From a virus (taxonomy: Duplodnaviria > Heunggongvirae > Uroviricota > Caudoviricetes), in the IMG/VR virus record IMGVR_UViG_2529292920_000018, positions 1 through 64,000 of that record: a stretch of 64,000 nt of DNA; one strand, 5' to 3'. Positions 7,458-17,029 of the stretch are shown piece by piece. Each line of letters begins with the position of its first letter. The first letter of the stretch is position 1. The position numbers and the translations under genes were made by a program. The notes beneath the pieces were generated by a model. The model ran no database searches and had not been told where the DNA came from. It was given only the letters and a program-made list of their open reading frames with translations.

Positions 7458-10408
7458 CAGCGGTACTCCTTACGTTGTTTCTGAGCCAGCAGACGCTCCA
7501 GCATTTTTTCCAGCTCATGCAGACTCATATTCAGGGCACCAGTCAGTCCTGCAGGCGCTGTGGTTTCCCTGCCATTGAGGAAAAACTGAGGATTAAAGCT
7601 GACCTGGATACCACCAGACGTTCCACCGCCGGTTGCAGCTGCACCACGGCCTGAATATCCGGCAGCCAGGATTTCAGGCGAGGGGATACGGGGAACATCC
7701 GGTGTCATCTCATTTGCCAGACGTTGCCCTGGTAAAATCGATGCCCGGGTGGAGAGCGGAATAGCGGGCATGGAAGACAAACTATTGATTACGGCTCCGA
7801 TCGCATTTTTAGCAGACGACATAAACCCATTGATATCGGGCAACGGCATACTGAAGCGAACACCTGAAGTGTTATCCCGTATTTCTGGCCCCTGGATGCT
7901 CACGGGCATTCTGGGGAGCAGTTCACTGGCCATTCGCTGCCCGGCCAGAGCTGCAAGCGGAGTGGTCCGCTGCAGGCCAATGGCGGCCCCCTGCGCGATA
8001 TTGTCACCAAAGCCCATAAACACGCGGCTCGGCGAATGAATGCCCAGCTTTTCGCTGAACCAGCCACTGATGCTGTCACCCATTCCGGTTACACTGGATT
8101 TGAGCGACTCCCATTTGTTTTTGATACCGTTAATCAGACCATCGACAAGATGGCCACCGAAGTCGGTAAACTTTGCCGGCAGATCAACACCAAGATATTT
8201 CAGCGCAGCTGCAAAGGCTTTATAGAGCAGACCTGCCGGCGACCAGTTAATCAGCAGCTTACCAGTTCCCGCGATACCGCCGTTAAAGGCTTCCTGAATG
8301 TCAGCCCAGCACTGTTTAAACCAGCTACTGATGCTGTCACCCATTCCGGTTACACTGGATTTGAGCGACCCCCATTTGTTTTTGATACCGTTAATCAGAC
8401 CGTCGATAAGATGGCCACCGAAGTCGGTGAACTTTGCCGGCAGAGCAACGCCGAAATATTTCAGCGCAGCCGCAAAGGCTTTATAGAGCAGGCCTGCCGG
8501 CGACCAGTTAATCAGTAACTTACCAATTCCCACAATGCCGCCGTTAAAGGCTTCCTGAATGTCTGCCCAGCGCTGTTTAAACCAGCCACTGACTGCCCCC
8601 CAGTTGCGGTAGATAAGGTAAGCTGCTGCCGCGACAGCGGTGATAACGAGACCGATGGGATTCATCATCAGCGCACGTCCAATCCAGAGAACAGCACGTC
8701 CGGCGAGCATAATTCCGCGAACCAGCCCCCCGGAGAGCACGCCACTCAGTGTTCTGGCTCCTCTGGCGACGGCGCTAAATCCGGTCACCAGCCAGCGGAG
8801 CTTACCGCCTTGCCCCAGTGCGAGCGACAGACGAAGCCAGTTGGCCCGAAGTAAAACAGCATTTTTCCAGACACTTACAAAGGGGGAAATAAGGAGATTC
8901 AGCCCCAGTTTGAGACCAACAGTCGCTATCTTAATCGCAAGGAGCGCACTGATGAGCTTAAAAGCCCCACTGACAAATTGCGGGTGAGTCGCTACCCAGT
9001 GTTTTGCCCCCTGAATGAGTGGAAGCAGTTCCTGAGTCAAAGAAATAAAAGATGGAGCTAATTGATCGCCCAGCGTAATTGCCAGATCGCGACTGCTGAC
9101 CATAAGTGTTTTAGTGGCTTCAAGGGGAGATTTCAGCCGCTGATCATAAGCACTGGCAAGCAAATCGTTATCCGCAGCCCTGAGAGCACCGGCACGGATC
9201 TCTCGATATCTGTCCATGTTGGCCAGCATCGGGCGGATAAATGCCATGACCTGCATATCCGCGAACATATCGCCCAGACCAAAGTTTTTCGCCAGAGCCT
9301 GAAGTGCCTCATCTCTTGCCGTATCATTCTTTATTTTCATGGCTGATTTGAAGCCGGCCAGCGCTTCGGGGCTTTTGGCATTGAGGTAACGTTCTATAAC
9401 ACTCAACATCCCTTCAATCGGAGAGATCCCCGCAGCTTTATAACTCGCAATAGATCCCTGCAAATCAATACCCAGATCAGCAAACTGTTTCTGAGTATCG
9501 CGGGCAAAAATTTTGGTAAGAAAGTTTTTAAAATTATTGGCTGCTTCGTCGGTGGAACCTGCACCGATTTTTGCTATCTGGAGACTGGCCCCTATTTCAG
9601 CAACAGCCTCTTTTCCACTGGCAATACCCGCCATCATTGGGGCCAGGGACTGCATCCACTTGACCTGATCCGGGATTTCAAATGACCCCTGGTCACCGGC
9701 ATAAGCCATAATATTCTGAACGGCACCAAAATCTCTGGCCGCACCTTTCAGGGAGTTTTGCCAGACTGCGGCCACTTTTGCCCAGTCCTGAGCAGACGTG
9801 CGTGTTGCCGTTGCCGCGCGGGCAATATCCGGCATCAGAAAACCGATATCTGACACATTATCAATATTGTCGCTGATGAGTGAACCCACCGCCTCCTGCA
9901 GCTCATCCTGATACTGATTGTATTTAAGCGCCCAGCCTTTTATCTGTCCGGCAAGTGCATCCCGCGTTTTATTGTCATATTTTGCGGTGATCGACATATC
10001 AATCATTTTGTCCTGAAAAGACATGGACTGCTGAACGGCAGGGGAAACCGTATGATAAACAGTCTGTGCCATGCCATACGCTTCAATCCCCTGACCATAC
10101 AGCGCCATGCGGTTAGCTTTCAGCGCATCACTGGTAGCGGATGCCGCTGACAGACGGCGCTGCTGGCGCTCAATTTGCTCCATGGTGCGGCTTACCCGCA
10201 GCAGCTCGCTGTTGAGATGCTGCATCCGGGAAGAACCCAGTTGACCATAACGTTCTGTTGCACGGGTTAAAGCGTTCTGACGTTCCTGCAGGCGGCGTGA
10301 GGTATCGCTCAGGGAATCAAGCGCACGGCGGGTACCGCTCATTGCAGAACGGAATGTGCTACCAATCATCCCGCCGATAACAACGCCGACTGAAAACTGT
10401 CCCGACAT
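7457..10408 (-). CDS. Tail tape measure protein
   Basis: 983 aa, helical Ala/Gly-rich protein between chaperone and baseplate genes; contains an internal 87-aa tandem duplication. Confidence 0.85.
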   Translation of the reverse strand: MSGQFSVGVVIGGMIGSTFRSAMSGTRRALDSLSDTSRRLQERQNALTRATERYGQLGSSRMQHLNSELLRVSRTMEQIERQQRRLSAASATSDALKANRMALYGQGIEAYGMAQTVYHTVSPAVQQSMSFQDKMIDMSITAKYDNKTRDALAGQIKGWALKYNQYQDELQEAVGSLISDNIDNVSDIGFLMPDIARAATATRTSAQDWAKVAAVWQNSLKGAARDFGAVQNIMAYAGDQGSFEIPDQVKWMQSLAPMMAGIASGKEAVAEIGASLQIAKIGAGSTDEAANNFKNFLTKIFARDTQKQFADLGIDLQGSIASYKAAGISPIEGMLSVIERYLNAKSPEALAGFKSAMKIKNDTARDEALQALAKNFGLGDMFADMQVMAFIRPMLANMDRYREIRAGALRAADNDLLASAYDQRLKSPLEATKTLMVSSRDLAITLGDQLAPSFISLTQELLPLIQGAKHWVATHPQFVSGAFKLISALLAIKIATVGLKLGLNLLISPFVSVWKNAVLLRANWLRLSLALGQGGKLRWLVTGFSAVARGARTLSGVLSGGLVRGIMLAGRAVLWIGRALMMNPIGLVITAVAAAAYLIYRNWGAVSGWFKQRWADIQEAFNGGIVGIGKLLINWSPAGLLYKAFAAALKYFGVALPAKFTDFGGHLIDGLINGIKNKWGSLKSSVTGMGDSISSWFKQCWADIQEAFNGGIAGTGKLLINWSPAGLLYKAFAAALKYLGVDLPAKFTDFGGHLVDGLINGIKNKWESLKSSVTGMGDSISGWFSEKLGIHSPSRVFMGFGDNIAQGAAIGLQRTTPLAALAGQRMASELLPRMPVSIQGPEIRDNTSGVRFSMPLPDINGFMSSAKNAIGAVINSLSSMPAIPLSTRASILPGQRLANEMTPDVPRIPSPEILAAGYSGRGAAATGGGTSGGIQVSFNPQFFLNGRETTAPAGLTGALNMSLHELEKMLERLLAQKQRKEYR
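8041..8590. repeat. 261-bp near-identical tandem duplication (2 copies plus about 20 bp) inside tape measure gene
   Basis: tttaaaccagc motif recurs at 8058, 8319 and 8579; protein shows FKQRWADIQEAFNGGI...DSISSW twice. Confidence 0.8.
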
Positions 10409-10483
10409 AGTGGTTAACCTCCGGGGAAGGTGAAAAGACGTGAGGGGATAACGCAGAACAGCCGCTACTGGCGGCTGTCTGTA

Positions 10484-10741
10484 CTATGATTTGTCGCCGT
10501 ACTCGCTTTTTATTTGCTCTTCAGCCTGCTCCAGCCACATCTCCAGATCGTCAGTATCGAGGGCATCAATCTCCCCCGGCTGAAACCGGAACCATCTCGC
10601 CAGCAGCCCCTGCGCCTGCGTCAGCGCCCTGGTTGCTCTCACCCATCCCCGTGATGAGCTGAAATCGTTTCTGTAACTGCAGGTAATCAGCCAGATCCAT
10701 ATTGTCGAGATCTTCCGGGAGAAGACCAGTACTGCGGGCAA
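10484..10741 (-). CDS. Tail assembly chaperone frameshift extension (GT-like), reached by recoding from 10566-10901
   Basis: ORF overlaps the chaperone 3' end in the +1 frame and extends 27 codons beyond its stop. Confidence 0.45.
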   Translation of the reverse strand: MPAVLVFSRKISTIWIWLITCSYRNDFSSSRGWVRATRALTQAQGLLARWFRFQPGEIDALDTDDLEMWLEQAEEQIKSEYGDKS

Positions 10742-10901
10742 TCAGCGGTTCGTCCCAGTCTGCCGGGTTTTTGCTGATTTTGCGCACCTGCTTCAGGTCT
10801 TTTACCGTCAGGCGTTTCAGTTCAACCAGCTCAATTCTGGTGCCTGCAGCAGTGGTGAAGGGATAAGACAATTTAAAAGTATCGGATGGGGTCTGTGACA
10901 T
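10566..10901 (-). CDS. Tail assembly chaperone (lambda G-like / Mu gp41-like), zero-frame product
   Basis: 111 aa acidic protein directly upstream of the tape measure; overlapping second ORF 10484-10741. Confidence 0.6.
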   Translation of the reverse strand: MSQTPSDTFKLSYPFTTAAGTRIELVELKRLTVKDLKQVRKISKNPADWDEPLIARSTGLLPEDLDNMDLADYLQLQKRFQLITGMGESNQGADAGAGAAGEMVPVSAGGD

Positions 10902-10998
10902 GATTGTGCTCCTGTGTAAGTTCAGGGCAGTATGTCGGGAGAAGCGCGTGACGGATATTAAAGGAGATTAAGAAGAAGGGGCCGGAGCCCCTGTGATG

Positions 10999-11280
10999 TC
11001 AGCAAGTGCGAAACCCCTTGCAGTTACGCAGGAAAGCGATGAGAAGCGTCTTTCCCTCAGATTTGCCGATGCCGGAGAACCAGTGGTCGGGAGGCTCCCA
11101 TGCTTCAATCAAATCCGCCAGTTTGCGGGCCTTTGAACGTGTGCAGTCAATCGGGTCATTGGTTTTACGGGTATTAAAAAGGGTTTCCACCCCCGGAATA
11201 TCAAGGAGGGTAAACCACGTACCATTTGACATGCCCAGTGCCGCACATCGTCCTCCTTTATCCGTCAGTTCAACACTCAC
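10999..11280 (-). CDS. Hypothetical protein (extra ORF between tube and chaperone)
   Basis: 93-aa ORF; start overlaps the tube gene stop; no recognised family. Confidence 0.4.
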   Translation of the reverse strand: MSVELTDKGGRCAALGMSNGTWFTLLDIPGVETLFNTRKTNDPIDCTRSKARKLADLIEAWEPPDHWFSGIGKSEGKTLLIAFLRNCKGFRTC

Positions 11281-11282
11281 CG

Positions 11283-11804
11283 TCAGCCCCCGATATTGAT
11301 ACGGTAGTCAGTCAGTTGATCAACACCGCCGACCCGGAAGATGTTGGCCAGATAGTCCAGTTGCAGCAGCTCTTCACCATCCAGTACCTGTCTGATATAC
11401 GTGCAGGTGAAGCTACTGGAGAACTCGGCGTTCTCGTGCTGTTTGAACGTCCCCAGCGGGTTCTTCTTGAACATAATCGTCAGGAAGGTGACCAGCGGGA
11501 TTTCGTCAATCAGCCCCTGCGAGCTGTAGCGCTGGACGCTGGAACGACACTGCAGTGCCAGCGACCTGTACGGGTTCGCGGCAGACAGCATCGCATCGCG
11601 GTAAAAGCTGTTCCATTTGATTTCGCCTTCCAGTTTGTCAAAACCAGCCGGGAGTTCCACCTTACCCACCATCCCCAGCGCCTTGTGTTCCTGCATAATC
11701 ATGGAGACATCGGGGAGTTTAACTTCCTCAGCCCGTCCCAGCAGGTTAGTACCATCCAGATAGATGTTGGCATTCGTGATGCGGTTTATCTCAATCTTTG
11801 ACAT
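11283..11804 (-). CDS. Tail tube protein
   Basis: 173 aa; follows sheath; resembles the tube protein at 40116-40634. Confidence 0.8.
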   Translation of the reverse strand: MSKIEINRITNANIYLDGTNLLGRAEEVKLPDVSMIMQEHKALGMVGKVELPAGFDKLEGEIKWNSFYRDAMLSAANPYRSLALQCRSSVQRYSSQGLIDEIPLVTFLTIMFKKNPLGTFKQHENAEFSSSFTCTYIRQVLDGEELLQLDYLANIFRVGGVDQLTDYRINIGG

Positions 11805-13231
11805 CAGTTGCCCCCTTTCAGGGTTAACAGGTATTCCGAGGTGATCTCAGTCTCAAACGTCAGTCGCTCCAGCGGCGGTGGTGGCGTATATTTGTAGCTC
11901 AGCAACAGGTGCCCGGCGGCCAGCTCCGTCTCCGGATTGCGGGCCGGATCAAACCAGCAACGGAAGCCCAGTACCGCACCATCACCAGTCATTTTGCGAC
12001 CGTAGGCGTTGACCGACTCCGTCAGTGCATCAATCAGCGCCTGAGTAATCGGCATGTCGATGTACTGCTGGCTGAAATAACGAATGGACTCGTTGATCAC
12101 ATCACCGGTGCGGCGAACGTTCTCAAAGTTACGCATATGGGTGACCGTTGGCCATGCTGCCGTCCGGTTACCCCACAGACGAAGGCCGCTGCCGTAACTG
12201 CTGAATACCGTGGTGATCCCCTGTTCGTTAAGCAGGTTCACCTCACTCTGCGGGTCATCAATCATCGCGGACAGCTGGCGCTCCACGCCGGTGATCCCCA
12301 GAATCTCCTGATTGGAGGATGACCACCAGTAGCCCTTGTCCAGATCGACTCTGGCACGCAGACCTGCTGCACGCTGGCTGAGCGGCTCCAGACGCTCTGT
12401 GTTTGTCACCGGGTCATATACCTTCACATGCGGATAGCACAGACGGACGCGGTCGGAGCTGGTATTGAAGTTGATGGTGCCTTCCGGGCCACGACCTGCC
12501 AGAGCCTGTGCAAAGGTGGTACCGACAGGCGCATCAATGTAGGTTACCGCGCCCAGCTTCTCTGCCATGGCGATAAGCTCAACTGCGACACTCTTCTGGG
12601 TGCAGAACACCGGCGCAATCAGAATTTTGGCGAAATAGCCGTACAGGTTGAAGCTGTCGTTAAGCAGCTTCATGCCGGTTCGGTTTCCGGCGCTGTTCAC
12701 CCCGCCGATGATGTCCGCCGCAGTCACCTTCGACGGGTCCGCGTACTCATAGCTCACCTTCACGCTGCCACCGGCCTCAATAGCCTTGCCCAGGTTCGTG
12801 AGCACACCCGCCTGCGCATCAACACGGTAGTCCGTGTTCGCCGTGTGGGTGGTGCTGCCTTCACTGTTTTTCACCACCACATTAGCGACAACCGGATGCG
12901 CCAGTCTGGCCTGCCCTGTCGATTTGTCAAAGGTAACCACCTCATCCTCGATCGCCGTTTTATGTTTCGCCGGGTCGAGGACGTTAATGACCAGAACGGT
13001 GCCTGCACCATGGTCATAAATCGCATCCAGCGCCTGCGGAATGGTAAAGCCGGTGAACTGGCTGCCAAATGCCGCTGCGTCTTTCTCAGACAGGCACTGT
13101 ACCAGCGTATTGACATCCCCCATCGGGGCGGTACCAATCAGGCCAATAACGGCAGATTTCACCGTTTTAACCGGGCGGGCTCCGTTTTCCACCTCAATGG
13201 TTTCGGGACCATGCAGATAGTTAGCTGCCAT
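11804..13231 (-). CDS. Tail sheath protein
   Basis: 475 aa; contractile-tail sheath position and size. Confidence 0.85.
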   Translation of the reverse strand: MAANYLHGPETIEVENGARPVKTVKSAVIGLIGTAPMGDVNTLVQCLSEKDAAAFGSQFTGFTIPQALDAIYDHGAGTVLVINVLDPAKHKTAIEDEVVTFDKSTGQARLAHPVVANVVVKNSEGSTTHTANTDYRVDAQAGVLTNLGKAIEAGGSVKVSYEYADPSKVTAADIIGGVNSAGNRTGMKLLNDSFNLYGYFAKILIAPVFCTQKSVAVELIAMAEKLGAVTYIDAPVGTTFAQALAGRGPEGTINFNTSSDRVRLCYPHVKVYDPVTNTERLEPLSQRAAGLRARVDLDKGYWWSSSNQEILGITGVERQLSAMIDDPQSEVNLLNEQGITTVFSSYGSGLRLWGNRTAAWPTVTHMRNFENVRRTGDVINESIRYFSQQYIDMPITQALIDALTESVNAYGRKMTGDGAVLGFRCWFDPARNPETELAAGHLLLSYKYTPPPPLERLTFETEITSEYLLTLKGGN

Positions 13232-13475
13232 GGGCGTCCTCCGTTTTCACTTCGCTGTCACTGCTGCTTCTGCGCTTTGGTGACTGCACAGCCGGTGTGA
13301 CGGCGGGTTTAGTCTCTTCAGGTACCGGCGTCAGATGTTTCAGCGCCACCAGTACCTTCACGTAGTCATGCTCCTCCGGCAGGGAAACCGTCTTCCCCGG
13401 CCAGAGCAGGATTTCGGTTCCGTCCGACAGCGTGACGCCGCTGGCCGGGCCGGAATAGCGGTATTCTTTCATCAC
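13221..13475 (-). CDS. Hypothetical protein (Mu gp38-like position)
   Basis: 84-aa ORF upstream of sheath. Confidence 0.45.
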   Translation of the reverse strand: MMKEYRYSGPASGVTLSDGTEILLWPGKTVSLPEEHDYVKVLVALKHLTPVPEETKPAVTPAVQSPKRRSSSDSEVKTEDAHGS

Positions 13476-13936
13476 TCGCTTTCCTCATAGTTCACTTCGG
13501 TTAACAGCGGGCCGGACGGTAAATCGCTGTCTTCGATAAAGACGCTTTCAGTCACGAAGTCGAGGGCGTACTGCCACAGCCCCCTGACTTCACCGATAAA
13601 CACCTCGCGGGTCAGCCAGATACGGCGGCGGCAGCCGGGCGGGGTGTGGCCACCGAGAATGCGGCGGACAGCATCCAGGACATTAATCGCCCCTTTTTTA
13701 CCGTTGAGCTGGCGGAAGACCACCGTGACGCAGAGCTGGATAGTCTGAGACTGGATCACCGCACCGGTATCATCCGGCCTGTCAAAGCGCGAACCGGCAT
13801 AGCTCAGCAGCAACGCGCCAACCGGATGGTTCAGGCGATATTCAGCCGGTTTCTCCGGGAAGTACTCCACCTGCAGTTGCGGCAGCTTCTCGCGTAACCG
13901 GGCCAGTACCGCATCAAGGACGGGCAGAACGTTCAT
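13472..13936 (-). CDS. Mu gp37-like tail/neck protein
   Basis: 154 aa; synteny between head completion and sheath genes. Confidence 0.5.
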   Translation of the reverse strand: MNVLPVLDAVLARLREKLPQLQVEYFPEKPAEYRLNHPVGALLLSYAGSRFDRPDDTGAVIQSQTIQLCVTVVFRQLNGKKGAINVLDAVRRILGGHTPPGCRRRIWLTREVFIGEVRGLWQYALDFVTESVFIEDSDLPSGPLLTEVNYEESE

Positions 13937-14382
13937 CAGTATTTCTCCAGTAAACCGTCACGACCGCCGAAAGTGGCCGGGCGACTGCGTACACGAAACT
14001 CGCCAGGCTCAGGCACATCTTTCTGAGTGGACGGCAGCCCCAGCGTGAGCCTGTTATCACGTAACTCCCTGAGTTGCCGCAGCGCTTCTTTGTGGTCATC
14101 CTTCACCGTATCCGGGAGGTCACCTTCCGGGCGGCGGGCGTAGAGCCGGTAACGGACCAGCGTGATGGCAATGTCCCGCAGAACAGTCGGTATCTCTGCC
14201 AGTGGCAGGATATAGCGTCCGCGCAGATGGGCATCAATCAGCTCGTCGGCATAGCGGATACAGCTGTCCACCACACGGGTATTCACTGTTGCAGGCGAGT
14301 CGAAGTCCATCTCTTCACTGGTGAGCTCGATAAGCGTCCGCTCCGGCACCTGCGCAAGCAAATCCTCCAGGGTGCAGTACAT
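13936..14382 (-). CDS. Mu gp36-like head-tail joining protein (DUF1320-like)
   Basis: Start placed at internal Met (MYCTLEDLL) to abut the upstream gene; the longer ORF would overlap it by 160 bp. Confidence 0.55.
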   Translation of the reverse strand: MYCTLEDLLAQVPERTLIELTSEEMDFDSPATVNTRVVDSCIRYADELIDAHLRGRYILPLAEIPTVLRDIAITLVRYRLYARRPEGDLPDTVKDDHKEALRQLRELRDNRLTLGLPSTQKDVPEPGEFRVRSRPATFGGRDGLLEKY

Positions 14383-14383
14383 G

Positions 14384-14722
14384 TCACACCCCGCGCAGGA
14401 TACGAATGACGTCGCCTTCACCCCCGGCTTCATCAAGTGCAATACCACAGGATTTACCGTCGCCGGACTGCGGCACGGCTCTGGCCTGAGCATCTGACTG
14501 AACAGCCACACCACGGCTGACAGCGGCCCCGGCCTCGACAGCAATAATGCCCAGAACGCTCACCGGCGTGCTGTCGCCGGTAACAGCATCCACTTCGGCA
14601 ACCCCGAGCGCTGCGGCACCGGCTTTACAGGGGGTATTATCTGCCCCGACAAAACGCTGCTGTGCCAGTGCTGCCCCTGCCGTTACGGTTGTGATCAGAA
14701 TGACCTGCTGAGTGGTTCCCAT
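14384..14722 (-). CDS. Mu gp35-like small Ala/Gly-rich head protein
   Basis: 112 aa, immediately downstream of the major capsid gene. Confidence 0.5.
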   Translation of the reverse strand: MGTTQQVILITTVTAGAALAQQRFVGADNTPCKAGAAALGVAEVDAVTGDSTPVSVLGIIAVEAGAAVSRGVAVQSDAQARAVPQSGDGKSCGIALDEAGGEGDVIRILRGV

Positions 14723-14731
14723 AACGCCTCC

Positions 14732-15685
14732 TTATTTACTGATACCGGTAATGAGATACCCGGCATCGCCACCAACCACGGCGACTTTGTAGATATCGGT
14801 ATAACGGCAGTACTTCACCTTGCCACCGGCTCCGTCGTATTTGTCGGCAACAGGCATCCCCTTACGCCGCAGGGTGTAGCCGAAGGACGGCTCGTTCTCG
14901 TCCGCGCTGTCCGCCCCCGGCTGCGGTTTGCCGACATAGTGCAGCATCAGATTGTCTCCCCAGATATCCGCCGGCACGCTGTTCTTATCCATTGCCGCTT
15001 TCATGGACGGCAGGGAGACTGGGGCACCGATGACGATCTCTTCGATCTGAAAGAGGTCCTGCAGGATTTCTTTGGTGATGCGCTTGCGTTCGTTGGCTCC
15101 GATGGCGGCCTGAATCGCCGGGTGGAACTTCAGCAGCGCCATCACGCCGGCCCCCATGGTCATCAGGTTAGGACGCAGCCCCGTGGCCGTACGGACCGCT
15201 TCCATACCGGCTTCAATCACCCCGATGGGGTCCCCCTTACCACCGGCCCAGCGATCACTGGCTGTCAGTTTTTTGACGTGCCCGGTACGGTAGACCTTTT
15301 CATCCTGAGCCAGACGGGCAGCGATAAGTTCACGGCGCAGGTTCACGCCATTCGTGGCGCGACGGATGGCCTTGCTCTCTTCGTTAAACATGGACTCCGC
15401 CTGCTCGCGATAGTCCACCGGCGCAGCCAGATCGTGTTCACCCAGCACCAGGTCCAGCGTGCCTGTTTTTTCACGGACCAGAACATTGCTGTCCGCCCCG
15501 ACGGCACGCTCGGTGTCATATTCCACAAAGGCGGTTTTCCCGAAGGTCGGTACACGCACGCCTTCCTTGTCCGTCAGCACGACGGGGAAAATACGTTCGC
15601 CGATGAATGCGGCATTTTTATAGCCACGGGCGATACTGGTCAGTACCGGATCAACGACACGTTTACCTTTTAAGTAATCAGACAT
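14732..15685 (-). CDS. Major capsid protein (Mu T-like)
   Basis: 317 aa; follows protease/scaffold gene. Confidence 0.8.
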   Translation of the reverse strand: MSDYLKGKRVVDPVLTSIARGYKNAAFIGERIFPVVLTDKEGVRVPTFGKTAFVEYDTERAVGADSNVLVREKTGTLDLVLGEHDLAAPVDYREQAESMFNEESKAIRRATNGVNLRRELIAARLAQDEKVYRTGHVKKLTASDRWAGGKGDPIGVIEAGMEAVRTATGLRPNLMTMGAGVMALLKFHPAIQAAIGANERKRITKEILQDLFQIEEIVIGAPVSLPSMKAAMDKNSVPADIWGDNLMLHYVGKPQPGADSADENEPSFGYTLRRKGMPVADKYDGAGGKVKYCRYTDIYKVAVVGGDAGYLITGISK

Positions 15686-15699
15686 GCTCTCTCCTTAAA

Positions 15700-16815
15700 T
15701 TACAGGCAGCGTGCGACAGCAGCCTCATAGCTGATGCCTTCTTTTTTGGACAGGGCCACTGCTTTCTGATGCAGGGCCAGACGCTCAGGATCGGCTTCCG
15801 CAAACTCTGCCACATCCACCTTCACCGTGTCGCCGACACGCTCTTTTGTGGCCTGTTCGGCGAAATTCATCACCGGCTCCCCGTCGGAGAGCAATGAACG
15901 AAAGGCGGTGGCCAGCGGTGTGCGGCTTTCCCCCTCAGCAAACTCCACCGGCTTGTCGCCACCGGCAACGGCATCCAGCAGGGCAACCACCACGGAGGAG
16001 GCGCGGGGAGCCAGACGGCCCTCTGCGACCAGTTTTTCTGCAAAGGCCACATTGTCCTTATGCAGTTGCTCCTGTCTGACCTGTGCATCACGCGCATCGC
16101 GATCAGCAGCCTGCTGCTTCAGGCGGCGGTTCTCCTCCTGAAGGGCTTCAATCTCTTCTTTTGTCATCGATGATTCCTCGTTACTTGCGGAAGACGGCCC
16201 CGGGCCTGTCTCACTGAATTGTGCACCTGCTGCATCCTGCGACAGTGTGTCGCGGTACGCCTCTTCGCGCAGACTGTTGAGCTGCCATTCCGGCAGGACT
16301 TTTTCTGCCTCGTCCAGACTGAAGCGGGCGATCAGAAAATCGCGCAGCTTTCCCCACAGGGAGGCATTCGTGATGGCCTGCCAGTCGGCGAACTCCACCA
16401 CACCTTCTTCCTGCTCACTGAAGGACACCTGTTTCAGCCCCTTGACGGAAGGTGGCTGTGCCCCGAGAAAGCCCACATGGCGAAGGTAGAGCACGCCGGG
16501 CTTCGGATTGGACGGTGAATCCGGGAGGTAGAAAGAGGCGGACACTTTTTTGAATCGTCCGTCGGTGACCATCTCAGCAAACTGCGGGTCCAGCTGGGCA
16601 GGCTCTGCCATCAGATCGACGCCGCTGAGCGACAGGGCTTTCACCCAGCCCCACGCCGGGTCTTCCGTTCTGGGATGACCAATCACGAGTGGTGCTTCAT
16701 GGACGGACGGGTCATAGGCTTTCACGCAGGCGGCAAGATCGTCTGGCGTGAACGGCAGTTTTTTGCCGTGCATATCGGTATGAGTACCGGCTTTAAAAAT
16801 GTGAATGGCTGACAT
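15700..16815 (-). CDS. Head maturation protease / scaffold (Mu I-like)
   Basis: 371 aa; charged coiled-coil C-terminal region typical of a scaffold. Confidence 0.7.
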   Translation of the reverse strand: MSAIHIFKAGTHTDMHGKKLPFTPDDLAACVKAYDPSVHEAPLVIGHPRTEDPAWGWVKALSLSGVDLMAEPAQLDPQFAEMVTDGRFKKVSASFYLPDSPSNPKPGVLYLRHVGFLGAQPPSVKGLKQVSFSEQEEGVVEFADWQAITNASLWGKLRDFLIARFSLDEAEKVLPEWQLNSLREEAYRDTLSQDAAGAQFSETGPGPSSASNEESSMTKEEIEALQEENRRLKQQAADRDARDAQVRQEQLHKDNVAFAEKLVAEGRLAPRASSVVVALLDAVAGGDKPVEFAEGESRTPLATAFRSLLSDGEPVMNFAEQATKERVGDTVKVDVAEFAEADPERLALHQKAVALSKKEGISYEAAVARCL

Positions 16816-17029
16816 TTTGCTGTCCCGCGTTATGTTGTCGGAGACAGTTTGTGAGAAATGCAGGCCCGGCGATTTTAATCTGCTTTAGAAAACATCAGGG
16901 GAGAAGGACAGGGAAAGCAATACGGTGAACCGGAGGCGGTTATAAAACAGAGGCTGTAAAGCCTTTATAAAGGTAATACAGCCCCTCATTCGCTGGCAAT
17001 GATAAATCACCCGCCTGAAGAGAGAAAAC
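16816..17029. promoter_or_regulatory. Intergenic region between G-like and I-like genes: candidate late promoter and/or strong gyrase site
   Basis: The only sizeable non-coding gap in the late module; Mu's strong gyrase site lies between G and I at the genome centre. Confidence 0.3.

Noticed and set aside
1700-8590. Tandem repeats as possible CRISPR arrays or intergenic satellites
   Set aside because: Both repeat blocks are in-frame inside structural genes (tail fibre, tape measure), have no spacer architecture and no cas genes nearby
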